Below, in pieces: positions 1 to 15,000 of a stretch of 64,000 bases of DNA; the stretch's first letter is position 1; each line of letters opens with the position of its first letter. The translations under genes and the position numbers were made by a program. Location of the stretch: assembly GCA_001724265.1 (NCBI GenBank), contig MEDY01000003.1, forward strand, positions 62,001 through 126,000, read 5' to 3'. The notes beneath the pieces are model-generated. The model saw only the letters and a program-made list of their open reading frames with translations, was not told the origin of the DNA and did no database searches. This DNA comes from Rhizaria sp. SCN 62-66. Lineage: Eukaryota.

Positions 1-3000
1 GCGGTGTGCATGAAGCAAGTGCGTTGCGGTGATGTCGTTTGTGAGAGAGCGCTGGCGGGCAGCAAGAGCAAACTCCTCGTCCCGGACAACGCGAGTGACG
101 AGGTCTTCTTCCTCTTTTTGCTCCTGCATCTTCTGATCGTGATCCTGCTGTTGCAGTTGCTCCTTCGCCGTCGCACCAACAGTCTCAGGATCAAAGACCA
201 CGCGCTTGTCCTTCTTATTCTTTTTCTTGTCCTTCTTATCCTTCTTGTTCTTCTTCCGGTGCCGATTGGAGCTGCCAAAGCCATATTCATCATTCCCGGC
301 GTCATCAGCGTTGCCAGCATCCCACGTTTGCCAGTCCCAGTCAGCACCCGCGCCAGCGACAGGACTAGCACCAGCGTCAGCGCCAGTGTTTGCACTGCCG
401 CCGTAGTCGCCATCATGCTTGTAGTCATCGACCATGCCAGCGTCGTCGCTAAAACCAGTCATTGCGGCCTGGTAGAAACCGCTTTCCTCAGCCTCAAGCT
501 CAGCTGTTGCGCCTGCAACTTCCTTTGCACGCTTGTTAGCCTCTTCCTCAGCAGCGCGTGCTTGCTCGCCGACCTTGCTCTCACCCTTGGCCATCGCAAG
601 CCGACGCACAACGCGGACCTTAGCCGCCCGCAGCGCGCGCCACTCGCTGTAAGGCTCAGTGTCCATGCGGTGCGCATGCGGTGTGGCGAGCTCGAGCGCA
701 TGCTCACTCAGCAGTGGACCGCTCCATTCGCGGCCGGGCGCGAACACACGGCAGTGGCTGCTGCGAAGGAGTCGAAGCAGCTCGCCAGCAATGCGCGGGA
801 GCTGAGAGCGGAGGCCAGCGACGGCGGCGGTGAGCGGACCGAAACGAGACAGAGATGAGAGGGCAGGCAACGGCAACGGGGACGGGTAGCGCGGCAGGAT
901 AACGCCACGGCGGTCACATTGAGGACGGGAAAGCCTGTGCAAGACAGCAGAGCTACCACTAGAGGGTGACTGTTGCGAGTCAGCATACTCGGAAGCAACG
1001 GAGACGAATGCTACGGAAGCGCGTTTGAGTTGATCTGCCAGAGCACGCGCATGCGCCGGGGGACGCACAAGCCATCCAGTGACCGCCGAGGAGTTGGGAA
1101 GTGCGCTGATCGTGGAACCGTTGTTGTCCGTGGTGAGTGCAACACCAGATTCGTCGTTACCAACGTCAAGCGGATAGCCTTGGGGCGCAAACACGGAAGC
1201 CCCGACTGGTGCTGTGGGCAGCGAGTACGAGAAGCATGCGAGCAGCTGGAAGATGTCAACGTACTCAGGATCCAGCTCTCCACTGAGAACCGCAAAGTCG
1301 TCACTGGGCGCAGCGGATGTAAGCGCTGACAGTAAACCGTGAAACCCGGTGAGCATCTCAGGCAGCGATTTATGGGTGGATGAAGCAAGCTTCTGACTAA
1401 AGTCATCCGCAAAAGCAAACGCACCGTTCACGTTGAACAACAGGTTGTCAATGCCGGTGAGATAGGACAGCGGGTCAGCGACGATATCGTCATCAGCGAT
1501 CAGAAGGCCTGTGAGAGTACGACGAGTGAGCGCATGGCCACCGTCGTCAAACCCAGCGCTGCCAACGTTGCTCAGGCTTTGCAAAAGACCGTTGTCGTCT
1601 GCAACACTCGAGTTCTCGCGATGCAAGCCTGTCGCCACGTCAGTGCCAGTGGTATCGAAAGAGAACACTGGTCGCTCACCGCTAGTACTTACGAAGACAC
1701 CAGAACCAGAACTTTCGTTGCTGTTGCCAAATGCACTGGAACGTCCAAAGGCACGGTCCTGCGAGCGCACAACAGGCTCGTCCTCATCATCCTCAGCCTC
1801 TGCAAGAGTGGAGAGGGCAGTGGTGTACGTCGTCGACATCTGATGCTGCTGTGGAGGCTGCGGATGTTGAGACACCGGCTGTAGCTGGTGCTGTTGTTGC
1901 TGCTGTTGCGCGATCTGAGAAGCCCTCTTCTGTGCGTTGGCGTTTGCGGTCGCAGCAGATTTCTTGCCCGGAGCGGCAATCAGTGCGCGCCGCATCGCCC
2001 TTACAGCAGGCGCTGCAAGGGTGGCGTCCTCGCGATCAACAACAAACGGCAAACCAAACAATGGCGTCTGTCCAGCGGGAGCCAGTGCGGACTCTGCAGC
2101 ACTCGCGGCAGCATAGCTCGCGTTGGCAAGAGCAGCTGGGGATAGCTTGGCGGGGTTAGACGGGTGCGCGTATGGGTTGAACGGTGAGAACGCACTCCCT
2201 AGAGGTGCAGCGAGCGGGATCGTAATGTTGCACCGCAACCACAAATGCGTGATAACAGTGGACACAAATGCAGCGTCAAGTTGGCTCGCCACAAGCAGCG
2301 AGTCGAGCTCAGCAAGTGCAGGCGCAGCAACAGGAGCGCGGATGCGTCCGAAAAACACACGACCAACATCGCCGATAACGTCAGCTTCTGCGACAACGCC
2401 GACACTGTTCTCCGTGCTACCGGCAGCGGCTCCAGAAGGCCCACTGATGCTGCCACGGGAGCGCGCTGCAGCGCCAGCGGATGACGCAGCAGCGCTGTGG
2501 GGAGCGCCACCAAACTCGCCACGCACCAGAAGACCGGCGGCAGCGGCGCTGTCTTCGGCCGCAGCCACTGCTGTCTCGGTGCGAGAGCGTCGGCTCTCGG
2601 CGGCGAGCGCGTGGCGGACTGAGGCGGCGAGCAAAGGCACTGCGTTCACGCGCAGAGGTTGCGACGGCAGCAGAGTCGGGGCAAGCGCGGGAGTGCTGTT
2701 GCCGTGGTGATGATGGGCGCTGCCGCTGCCTGCAGTGTTACCACTAGTGTGGTTGCCCGATCGACTGTTGGGACGCGAATGCGGGTCGTGCGCATGCTGC
2801 ACATGAGGTTGACTGCCACTGCCACGATGGTCACCACTGGATTTGCTGACACTAGACCTATGGTGGCCAGAGCCCTGCTGAATGTCACCAGAGCCGTAGT
2901 GATGATGCGCGGAGGAGTTGTCCGTAGCGACAGTAATTGATGATCCACGTTTTCCACCGCCGTTAGGAGGAGCGCTACTAACACTCGCGCGATGGTTAGT

Positions 3001-6000
3001 CGCAGTGGGATTGTTGCTGCGCTGAAGACTGCCACTTGCAGCAGCAGCGGCAGTAGCAGCTGCTGCCGCTGCCGCTGTTGAGCCGTCGCCAACATAGCCT
3101 TGCTCCATCTCAGCCGCAAACTGAGTTGCATAGACAGCGGCTGCGGTCAGCGCGCGCTGCCTGCGTACAAGCGGCATCGCAGTGCGAGATGTGGCAACCA
3201 GAGCAGGTAGACTGGCGACGGAAAGATGGAACGTCGGCAGCCAGCGGTCGTAGTAAGCACGCAACTGCTGCGGCGTCACAAGCGGGAGGCGGTATGTTGT
3301 TGCGGTCGTAATGTCGTCGCCGGTGTGGTACAACCGAGCTGGAAGCATCGTACGCAGAGGAGCAGGGCGGGTGAAGCCGGGGAAAGAGACGCCCCAATCG
3401 CGTGCAGCCACGAGTTTCACGTCGTGGGAATGCTGAAGGAAAGCCTGCGTGTCAACGGTTTTGCCAACAGGAAGCAGTCCGACACTATGGGCCTCCGACT
3501 CACTATTCCCACCGCTGCTATTAGCAGACGGCAAGGGCATAAGAAGTGCCCGCTGAGCTGCGAGCGCGCGCCATGCAGCCGAATGCATAGAGCCTGGCGC
3601 ATGAGGTGCCACAAGCTCGTACACATTCGTGGTTGCGGCAAGTGGCAGCGCAGCAAGAGCTGGGAAAGGATTGACTGCAGCTGCAAATGCGGCGGCGGCA
3701 GATACCTTTGTGCTAGAAGAAGAAGCAGAAGCTGCCCCTGAGGAAGGAAAAACGCGCGAGCCATGTGATGGCGAGGGCAGAGGCTTTGGAGGCACTTGCA
3801 GAGGCGCGCCACCACCATAAAGAGCAGGGCGCGGACCCGATGCAGGATCATTCGTTGCAGAACTCTCCTCATCCTCTTCCTCGGTGAACGCGCTCAACCG
3901 CGGTGCAAGACTTGGGCTCTGCGGCGGATAGGTGCCACTCGTGTTTCCACTGCTCTTGGCCTGCTGTGACGGAGGTTGAGGAGTCGCAGCAGCGTTTAAC
4001 GTGTTGCTGTTTGAGCTGAGCAAAGGCAGCTCATGAGCAAGCGAGCCGAAAAACACAGCCGGTGTATGCCCCTCGTAAGTCGGCGCACCTGCGTCAGCAA
4101 GCAAGTCACGTAAGCGATCAACTTCGGACCCAACGGGCACATGCGTCAAGAGGGGCTGTAGACGACGGAAATAGCGCTGCTTGCGCCAATTAAAATACCT
4201 TTGTACTGGTTGCAACATTAAGAGCGAGGCAGAGACGAGGTGGGTAGCCGTGAAGCCATATGGCATCGACGACCCAGGTGCGCGGGCGATTGCACTGCCA
4301 TCAGCGCTGCTGTCACCAGCAACATTGTCCGTGTCAAGAAGGCGATTCAGCGCTGTGACGGATTCTGAGCCTGCTGTCGCATTTGTGGCAATCGACATGT
4401 TCGAGCTCGCAGCAACAGCGGATGCAGTGGCGGACTCAAGACTAGGTGCGTACGAAGTGGCGGCGGTCATACCAAGAGACGTGATAAACGCGAGCACAGA
4501 CGCAGACATAGAGCCAGCCGCAGCGTCACCACCATTGTTAAAAAACGAGAACGAGGAGGCTGCTAACGATGCAGGAGTAGCATCCTCATCCTGAACAGCC
4601 ATATCGCTCTTTCTATTGTTGTTGTCGCCGACAGCCTCGGGCTTGCTCTCATTGAGTGTGCCATCGCTTGAGAAAGACGCGCGCCTCACACGCTGCACAG
4701 TGCTGCGCATGCGACCAGCGGCCCCCGCTGACGAGCCCGCAACCGTGCTTAAGCGTCTAGCACGAGGGAAAGTACCTCCAGTTCGTTGATGGCCGTGTTG
4801 CTGGGCTCCATAGCCCAAGTTTCTCATCGCCGTCGCAAAACGCGATAGTGCAAGAGCGATATCAAGCGGAACTGCAGAGACAAAGCTACGAGCAGGGTTG
4901 TTGTCAAGACTTGCTTCGCCGCAGAGTAGCGGCCACAACCACGCAGTCACCTCGCTCTGCATCGGGTGAGTGTGCCAAGCAGACAGACGCAATACACTGC
5001 GGAGCTGTGGAGAAATGCGTAATTGAGTCCGGACAATTTCACGGCGTCGGCGCAGACGTAGTGCGGCCTTAGGATAGCCTTCGGAAACGAGTTCGGCCAA
5101 TGTTAAGGACGACAGAGAGGGGTCCTCGGGTCCAGCAACTGCGGTCACAATAAGTTCATCAGCGGCGTCTGCACTCTCCTGCTGCTGTTGCTGGAGTGTC
5201 TTCGTGAGAGCAATCCCAGTACTTCTGCTCTGATCACCCGAAGCAGAAGCAGCGGCAGCAGCGGCGACAGCAGCATTGCGCAGAGATTGCGGAATGTGTG
5301 CAGCGCCTGTGGCGGCGCCGCCAGCACCACCCTTGAGAGCAACCTCGAGCGTCTCACTGTCAACAGCGCCACCAGTTAGACCGTGGCCAGCTGCAGCGTT
5401 GTTGGCACCAAGCACGGTAGCCGCTGTGACGGGATGCAACAGCAGCTTGCGATTGCGTTCATCGGCCTTTGCGGCTGCAGCAACAATGACGCTCTCAAGC
5501 ATCGGCCGCGCAGCAGCTTTGCTGCGATCCTGGTCGGTCTTGACACGCGCAAACATCTCTAAGTCGCGCACAGTGCGCTGCATCTGCTGCCTTGCCAGTA
5601 GCTCCCATTGTGGCGGCAGTGCTGCAACAGGCGCCGTCGGCAGCAGCGGATCACACAACAGGGACATGAGCGCAAGACGGCCGTTGGCGAGCTCTAGCGC
5701 ACGTGTCCGATGACGAGTCGCAACTGCAGATGCGAATGCCGGAAAAGACGCAAAGCGTGCATTGTCGGCCTCAAGCTCGGCAGTGTACGTCTGTACCAAC
5801 AGACCAGCGCGCGCACCCGTCAGTAACTCGCGAATGTCGGTCTCAGTTACACGCACTGGCTCCACTGCAAGCGAAAACAACTCCGTAGCATGTGTTGGCA
5901 GCGCAGCAGGACGAACGTGCTTGGCCCGACCCATAGTCGCTGAAGAGTCAAATGTGACCCATGCAAGCGGGGAGAGCGACGCAAAACGGACAACAAGAGA

Positions 6001-9000
6001 ACGTAGCGAGATCAGGAACGGGAAATGCGCAGCTGACAGCCGCTGCACAAGCTGCGGCAGTGACCCAACAGTCTGAGGATGCGACGCATTGAGCTCATAC
6101 AACAAAAGTGTCGCGTCAGCTGCGGCACGCGGACCGAGCGCACGCACAAGTGCTGTTACGTCAGCGTGCGTAACGATCTCATCAGAAAAACGAAGCTCTT
6201 CACGACGCGCAGCGCGGCGGCGCTCAGCAGTATCCTCGCCATCGTCGTGAGCGTTCGGAACAGTGCCAATGTTTGCAGCGCCATGCGGGGCATATGACTG
6301 CTGATTATTGCCCTGATCGGGGCGGTTTTGTTGTTGTGCCGTCGAAGGTGCATCTGTCGCCGCATCATAGTCGTCAGCCAGACCGCCATCTAAGCCATTT
6401 GAGCCCACCGCAAGCACTGCCGCAACGGCGCGGGAGTTGACAGAGCCATATTCCTCGTCTTCGTCGGATTGAGCGTCACCATCGGAGTCGTCGTGGTCTT
6501 CGTCATCGTCGCTATCGTGATGATAAAAGCTATGACGAGTGCGCGGGCGGTAGTCCGGGTCAGAGTCAGAGTCATCGTGACTGTAGTGACCACCCGCACT
6601 ATGACCGTAGCCAAGTCCAGAGCTAGCACCTTCATCATCAGTATCTACAAGCCCAAACATCCGAGACTTGTTGCCGTTGTCGTCATCAGAAACAGTCAAT
6701 CCAGACACCGAGTCACCACCCCAGCTGTCCTGTCTGTCGAAACCTCCGCGGCGCCGACCAGCAGTCTTGCCAGCCTGTTGTGCAGCCTTGAACCTGTTGC
6801 GTGCCCTCTGCGCGCGCTGATGGGCTCGCACAACACGTTTCGCCTGCGTCAGTTGATCCGTGACTAGAGCAGCCTTTTCGACGTCAGCGTCATCTGCACA
6901 TTCAAGACCAGCAAGTTCGCTATGGGACAGAGGTGGCCGCAGCCAGAAAGTACCATCGTTACTTAGCGACACCTCATCGCACGCATGCTCCAGTGCTTCC
7001 CACCATTCAGGATCGCCGTCACCGTCAACACTCGTCGCATTCCTGGCGCGCGTCGCAGCAGCGCGGGCTGAAGAAGCAACCGCGCCCGCAGTCGAAGCAG
7101 CAGCAACAGCGGCTGCAGTCATGTTAACAAGACCAACAGGCCGGTCTTCAGCTGCGGCTTCGCGCTTGGCCGCGGCAAGTGTCCGTCCCATTCTGGCACG
7201 CGCCATAGGCGCAAAAACAGTGCAGTGAGGCGAATTGAGGAATGCGTAGATCTCATCCACAGCGTTCAAGACCCGCGCGCGCTGGCGCTCAGCGTGACGC
7301 GCTGCCACTGCCTCAATCAATGCGTCTAAACTAGCAAACGCAGCAGGAGGACGGCGGGCAGCAGCCGCATGAAGCTGGGAGGAGTCGATGCAGTACATCG
7401 CGCCAAGTGGCGCGGCAGAGGTCGTTGCTAAAGCGAGCTCACTCTCAAGCTGCGAGAGGAGCTGGGCTTGCTCCATACGGGCTTCAAGTTCCCAGCACTC
7501 TCGCTCAGCAGCCTCAAGGAAGTCTGTCAAGTCTGACTGTGCAGAAGCAAAAGGAGCAGCGGGTGTGGCAAGCGCAGCAGCACGCTGTGCGTCATGTTGA
7601 TGTAGGAGCGTTAACAAATGAGAGAGGGTCTCACCCTGTGCACCGGAGTCCCGCATCAAGCGACGCATGTCGCTCAGACGCAAGCACTTCGGCAGCTGTT
7701 GTTGGTGCCGTTGTTGCCTCTCGGCCGTACTGTTTGCGGTATTGCTCGTTGTGCGATCTACGGTGATGACCGCGTCAGCACCGTGAGGATCGAAGCAGAA
7801 GCCCTCGGTGTACTCAACTGGCAGCAGCCTTGATAGGTCCCATTGCTGCGGCACTGCACCGGGCGTAAGCACATTCGCAGTGAATGCATGCAAAAGCTCG
7901 CGAGCCATAAAATCAGCGTACTTGCAGCCATCAACAACAGCAGTCTCTAAAGCAGTGACTGTGGGCAGCTGTGCGCGCAACGCACGCAGGTCCTCAAGCT
8001 CTCCAAGAAGTGCAAATGGGGAATGGCCAACGTGCGGTAACAGACGGTTGCGCACAATAGCATCAAGAAAGCGCGGGTCAGCACGTGGGGCAGAAAGTGC
8101 TGGGTCACCACCCCATTCAGTCAGAGCAACAGTCGCGGACGACGGCGCAACAGTCCCGGCACCAGCACCAGCAGCCGTGCTTGAGATTGAGGTACCGTCG
8201 GTCCGCAATGAGCCTGTCGTTCCGTTGGTGCCTGTAGTCTTCCGCGTGCTTGAGCTCGCGCCTGCATTGCCCGACGTGTAAGAAGGCACGCCTGCAGTAG
8301 CACTAAGACTGTCAAGGAATGACTTCACTTGTGACGCTACGCCAAGATCAAGTTGTTGCATAGTTCCGAAAGAACCACCAAGAGTAATTGCAAGCCTGCT
8401 TGTCACGGGAATTTGGCGGTGCCTCGCAGACTCAAACAAGAACGGAAGTGAGAACGTCATCGGCACCGGCGCAAACCCGAGGATATATGCCGCACTGTCG
8501 TCAACAACGTCGCGCGCACGGGGAATGAGATCATGTGCCTCGGGAGGCCGCGTGAGCAGGGACGATGCAGATCCCACAGTCAAGAAGGTGCGCAGAGACT
8601 GGTGAGTTGCGGTCTCGCAGATGCGCTCACGGGCAATGTGCGCGCGCAATTCTGACGCAAGCGAAGTTAGTGAAGGAAATGAGAGCCGTTGCTGAACAAA
8701 GGTCAGCAAAAGCGAACGTGTGCGAGTGCCAGCGCCACCCCGTTGGTAAAGCAACGCGGCGTCAGTGAAAAACAGAGCGGGGATTCCATGCATTTCTCCT
8801 TCCCACGAACTAGCGGTCGACCCAACAACGTTGGATGCAGAACTCGCATTACCATAATCCACGTCCTCGTCGGCGCCGGTATTGCTGCTGTTATTGACTT
8901 CTGTCTGGGATGGTAGACGGAGCCCAGTAGCAATGCGGATGAGTTTTGCGCACTCGCCACGCAGAACAGCTGTCATTTCCCGAGACGTCGCATGAGCATA

Positions 9001-12000
9001 GTACGCGTATCGTGGGAGAGAGAGCAGGTGCGGCCCATTCCTCGCGAGTGTGACTGCGATCTCAGCAATCGATCGTTGGCGCGCCTGAGCGTGCGCAGCC
9101 ACGGCGCTAACGAGCTCTGTCACCGATGCAAATGTTTGCCCGGCAGCTAACGCACTTTCAAGGACATGGAAGACAAACTCTGGCGTCGGTGCAGCAGTGT
9201 ACTCTAGCGGTGGCGCAAACTGCGTGATGTCTTGTGCTCCATCAAGTGCAAATGTCAGAGGATTCAGCGCAGATGCAAGCGACCCAGATGACCTAGGAAG
9301 GGCAAAGACGTCCGGAACACGGCCGAGCTGCGCAATGTAGACTCTATCAGCACCACCAGCAGCTGCGGTGGCGGCCGTGCGGCGGAGATGAGCAGTTTGC
9401 GTGGCAGAAAGGAACAGCGCAGCGCCTGCGCGTGCAGTGAATTGTTCACGTGGAAGCAGGCACGCATCAACGAGCGCACTAAGATAGGCAAACGAAGGCA
9501 CGAAAGAGTGAGTGTCACCATCAGCGCCTTGGTTCAACACAGCAGCAGCTGCGGCAGCAGCAGCCGCAGCAGACTGGTTCACTGCACCGTTAGTGTTCAT
9601 GTTGTTGCCGTTGCCAGGGGCCCTGTTAGAGTTGCTACTACGCGCACGGCGGAATGTTGGAGGGTCTTCCAACGAAGCATCCATAACGGTTGCAGCCGCG
9701 TCTGCGTTCATGCTAGCGGAGTCAAAACCTGCTCGACCGCGGACACTTGCCGTACGGTACATCCCCGGTCTCTCGAGCTCGGGAGTGGTGTCGTCCGGGA
9801 TAGACTCACCACCCACATTCTCAGCAGCAGGTGTGCCGTTAGTCGCAGCAATTGCAGCATCCTTCGCAGCACGACGGCGTCTGAGTGTCTCCTTAAACCG
9901 CAGCGCAGCCATGCGCATCAGCGTAGTCGACGCAATCGTTGTTGCCTTGCCCTGCGCAGCCGCACCAGTCGGCAAGACGGGCAGGGACGCTGGCTGCGGA
10001 ACAGCCATGTGACCGCGCGCGTTGGCGTCTGCAAGCACATTCAGCGCTGCAGGAGGCACCTGTAGCATTGGGGGCCGAATAAGTGCGGCCAGGTTCTCTC
10101 CAAGGAATGCAATCAGCGTGCGCTTCTGAGCCGCGAATGTACTCTTGACCGTCTGAACAAGTGAGTGCATCGAGTCGAAAGTGCGACCTTCAGCGTCAAG
10201 TGCAGCCACCATCGCATACGTTGCCGGCTCAGCACAACCTTCAGTCAGGAACACGTCAAGATGCCGCAACGCATACTGTCGTGAGAGCTCGTTAGGGAGA
10301 AGACGGGACCGAAACTCTGCCGCCGCGCCAAGCCGTGCTGCAAGTAGCTTCTTTTGCGAAAGCCAACCGAGATGCGCAGCGCGGACGGAAGCCGCAAGAT
10401 CGGGCAGGGAGGGGAAACGAAGCTGGCGCGCAGCAAGCTGCGTGACATACACAGCAGTCAGTGGTCCCGCGAGCGAGTGATGGTAGAATAGCTCAAGCTC
10501 AGCAGGTACAAACGCTGGTGCGGAGAGAAAAGTCGCTTCGCGTGCGTTGACCGAAGACGGATGGTGTGTTGCCTTGAGCAGGGTGCTGGCCCACACGCGG
10601 TGCATCGGTTGCGGGGGTAACACTGACGATGCAACACGTCCTTGGTTTTGGTTCCCACTACCGCTGACAGAGGCAGTATGCACTGCAGCAACGCGCGCCG
10701 ACACAGCTGGCGAGCCGGGGCGTGTATGAGCCGCAGATCCCATGCCCATGCTGGCATTCATGGACACACGTCGCGAGATGTCCGGTGACAGCATCACAGC
10801 TGGCGCACCTAAAGCAGTGAGACTCGGCGTCTGCACAGTGCTACGGGGCGTCGGCGGGCCGTGGCTGCCATAGAGGGGCGACGGAGACGGTCCATTCGCG
10901 ACCCCGCCGCTAGCGCCGTTCATGACAGCGGTCGCGCCCATGATAGGGCTCGTGACGCCGCTCATGGGGTCGCGACTGAGCGTGTCTCGGTTGGTGTGAT
11001 TGTGGCTGTGGGGCGTATACGAAGTGACACCGGGCATCGCCAGCGCACGAGCAGCAGCAACATCAACAGACGGTGGCAGCGCAAGCATAGAAACAGTTTT
11101 GTGCGCACCGTGGAGCAGAACTGAATAGCTTTGCGGTGCCGCAGCATGCCGTAAGGCAGTCTCAGTTAAGAGGTCGTTAAGCGCAGCCGCAGGGTTGCCA
11201 ATAGGATATTGCAGCAACGAACAAGTCGGTGAAGAAAGAGCCTGTGCTAAGAACGCGAGTGTCTTATGCTCGACACTCTGCTCACTGGCAACGGCATCCA
11301 GGATATCTTTTGCGTTTGTGAACACTCGATCAGCAAGTTCAAACGTCTTAAGACGCCAAGGAAGGAATTTCACCGCCTCACCACCACCCAAGAGATTCAC
11401 GATGTCCATAGCCGCAGTCCTCCTGCCAACAGGGGCCCTCGGTGGGTCCCTGCGCTTCACCCCACCCTCGCGAGCGCGTGCGCGTGCACGGCGAACAATC
11501 TCATCAGAGCGCAGACGCGGATACGGAGCGCCGCCGCGGAGGCGTTCGTCACTTGGTGCGTGCGCAAGTGTGAAATCGACCACAGGCGTCACGCGGCGAG
11601 AGCCTTTACCAAGGAAGTCACTGAGCACTGGCGGAAGCAAGGTAAGTGACGAACGGTAGTGCATGTGGAAACGAAACACTGCGAATCGCTGGTCTTTGTG
11701 CAAAGCGATGACATCGCGCGCGTACGCCAATCGCTCATTTGCGCGCGAGTCATTTCTGTTGTCGTCAGCGTTGCTCTTCTTCTTGCTGTTGCGCTTCTGC
11801 TGCGAGAGAACCTCGTCAAGCGCTGCTGCAACAGCGCGCCTGTTCGCAACATCGTGGGGTGCGCGCACAGTGTTAGCGCGGCGCCACGCAGCCACAGTCA
11901 TCGACAGAGGCAGCACAGTCATACCCGCATCGCTTGCTTCAACCTGTGTGAACATGCGGAACAGCGCCGCAGTGTGAGACTGTGCGAGCGCAGCGTAGCG

Positions 12001-15000
12001 ACCGCGGCGACTGCGGCCGCCCCAGTCAATCGCACCGCGCCGGGCGAGTGACGAGCCAAGGCGGGGAAGGAACGGAGACCGGTAGAGGAAGCCATCAGCA
12101 AAGCTCTCCATCGCAGTAGTGTACTTGAAGCTACTCTTCATGATCGCAGCAGCAGATGCTTTGGCTGCCTCCGCCGCAGCAACTGCAGCTGCGCTCTGCG
12201 CCGACTTATTGCTGTTGTTCTTGCCAAGCGGAGTGATTCGCGTTGGGACAGAGGACAGCGTACCACGCCTGCGGAGACGCGATGCGGACTCACCGTGTGT
12301 GTCCCGTTGGCTCAGCAATAGTCGTGCTGCGGGGCTCGAGCTAAACAGAGCGCGGTCAATCGCGGAAAGCTCGCGCAGACTCGGCAGAGACTCGTAACCA
12401 ACCGGTGCGCGATCGGGTGCATTCGGCATACTGAGCAATGCAGGAGCGAGAAAAGACAGGGCATGCTGGCCTTGCTGCTGCGCTGCAGAAGCAGTGCCCA
12501 ACAGCTGCAACTGGCGAGGCTCTTGCGTGACTTTCTTGGCATGAAGTGCAACAGCGTCAAACAGGAACGGATCCCCGAACGCGAAGTCAAGAAGCTTGTT
12601 CGAGGCAGCCGCCGTGGCCGCGTCATAGGGCCCAACTGCTGCGGCATCAGCAGCAGCCTGCGCAGTCCGACCCGCAGAGCCTGCAGGTGCCGAGGCACCT
12701 CCATGCATCGAAGAGGACAGAATCAGATCTCTGTGCTGATCTGGAGCCGGTGCGTGGGGCCAAGATGACAGGAAACGCAGTGCGCGCGTAACATGGGAGA
12801 TGCGAACACAGGTCAAGTGATCAACGGGAGCACCTGTCGCAGCTGCAAGGACACGAACAGAGCCAGACGCACGGGGGACAAAAGTACCTGTGAGCAAAGC
12901 AGCAGAGAGCACAGTAGGGTTAGTGTAGGCGCGCGGCAAAGTGCGAGCAACAGCCAGTAAACGCGACGAGGGGGACGCCGGCTCGGCAAATGGATTGTGG
13001 ATAATGGTTGTTGCCGGAGCAGTGAGCATCGAAAATGCGAGAGTACGCGCGCGAGAGCGTTGAACCATCGCAATCTCATGCCAGAAGCGCACTAAACGCA
13101 CAATGTCCGCAAATGATCCCGCATTAGTAAGGGGAGTTGGACCTGCCTCGGCCGCAGGCGTAGTGCTCGAACGTTGCTTCACCGCGACTCCACCATTGGA
13201 CGCACTCCCGTCAATGTTCTCAACATTGTCCGTGATGTTGTCAGGGCGGGCAACTAAGGGATACTCAAGCGCATTGCGGCGAGCGCGTTCCTTTGCAATC
13301 TCGGCCGTATCACCGTTGTTACGGGTGCCTCGTGTCGGTGGCTGTTGTTGTCCATCATTTCCTGCGGAAATTGCACTTGGCAACCGCAAAGCAGTACCTG
13401 AGACCACTGATCCGACAGATGACACGCTCGCTGACTGCGCTGCATTGTTAAGGAACGCACGCCACAGATCCGCCTTTGTGGTCATCGGGAGATTGCTCTC
13501 AGTGATCGCAGTCAGCGCAGCGGCCTCGCGTGAACCGAGTCCAGACTGGGCACCAATCACAAGGAAATCAATGTCGTGTGTCCTACTGACAGGCAAGCCG
13601 GCAGTATTGTTGCTCGTCAACACGGACGCAGCACTAGGTGCATTTGCAGCTAGGCTGGCAGGTGCAGGCAACACAGCAGCGTCAGAGACAGGCGCAGCGA
13701 GTGCTTCTGAGACGGCCGCAGTGGGACGGTATGCAGGGAACGGAAGACCGTGTGCGTGCATTGCCCACAAATGCTCTAACAGCAATGGGCCGGCACGCGA
13801 CTCGATCATCAAATGCAGCGCGGCAGCCTCATCATACGCAAGATTGCCTAAGTGTTCCGCAGCAAGCTCCGCCGCAATGTGTGCCTTAACGGCGCGACGT
13901 GACAACGGTGTGAAAAGTGGGTTACCACTAAGTTCGGCAGTTTGCCGCGCGAGAACGAGAGTCAGAGGTGGAACATTGTTCACAAGCGAACGCGCGTCCG
14001 CAATCTCATCCGCAGCAATCCCATGTTTTTTCTGCTTCGTAAATTGTTCCTGACGCTTCTTGTGCTCGGCAGCCATGGCTGCGCCCGCGCGCTGCGCCTG
14101 CTCCGGGCTAAGGGACAAATATTGCCACGAGCTACGATAGTAGGCGCGAAGATGTTCAGCAACGTGCGACAACTGAGCAAGAGCGCGGGTGTTCGTCGTC
14201 TTGAGATCCGCCACAAGAGCCGCGATGTGCGGATATGTAACATCATGCAGGGCTAAATGGCGCAAGTATACGGAGAGCAAACGGTGACCAGCACCAACTT
14301 CTTCGCACGCTAATTGGACCTCTGCTTCCAGATCCGCCTGAGACAAATCACATGCATCGCTCTCATTTTCTTTGCTACTACGTGGCTTGTGGGCCACCGA
14401 GCGACGAGTGGTGTTCTTAGAACCTGACGGCCTTGACTTGTTATTTTTGTTTGGGCTTTGGGTCGTGTTACTATTTGTAGGTTGCGATGAAAACACAATA
14501 TCATCCTCGCCATCAACTTCAGTGCAAGAAGGTACCATGCGGCGCACTGGGTGCAAAAGCGCTGTCCGCACGCGGCGCCATAGTCGGACGGTTTGTGTCA
14601 TTGCAGCACGGTTTAACAAACGCACCGCAAGACCCAGCTGTACAAGTGAATGGAAACGGGGCAGGCGGGAGTCTGCGGCATTTGTTTCGCGATCGTCAGC
14701 GACGTTCTCCATATTCTTTTCGTGACCGTGATCACTGCTGTCTGCTGTAGCAGTAGCCCAGCGGCGTGCAAGCACTGCAATCTCGTGTTCAGTGCGGCCC
14801 TCGGCTTCGATGGCGCTCATCTCGCTGCGCACTTCAGGGAATGACAGACGGTCAGTGCCCGTTGCAAGCGTGCGCAAGAGAGACAATGTGGTGAGGCCTG
14901 CACCGCCGTCGGAGACCAGTTTGTCGACAGCCCATGAGCTGATAGGATCACTCGTCATAGCGCTCCCGCTTGAAGCTGCAGAAGCTGAGAACGATGGCAA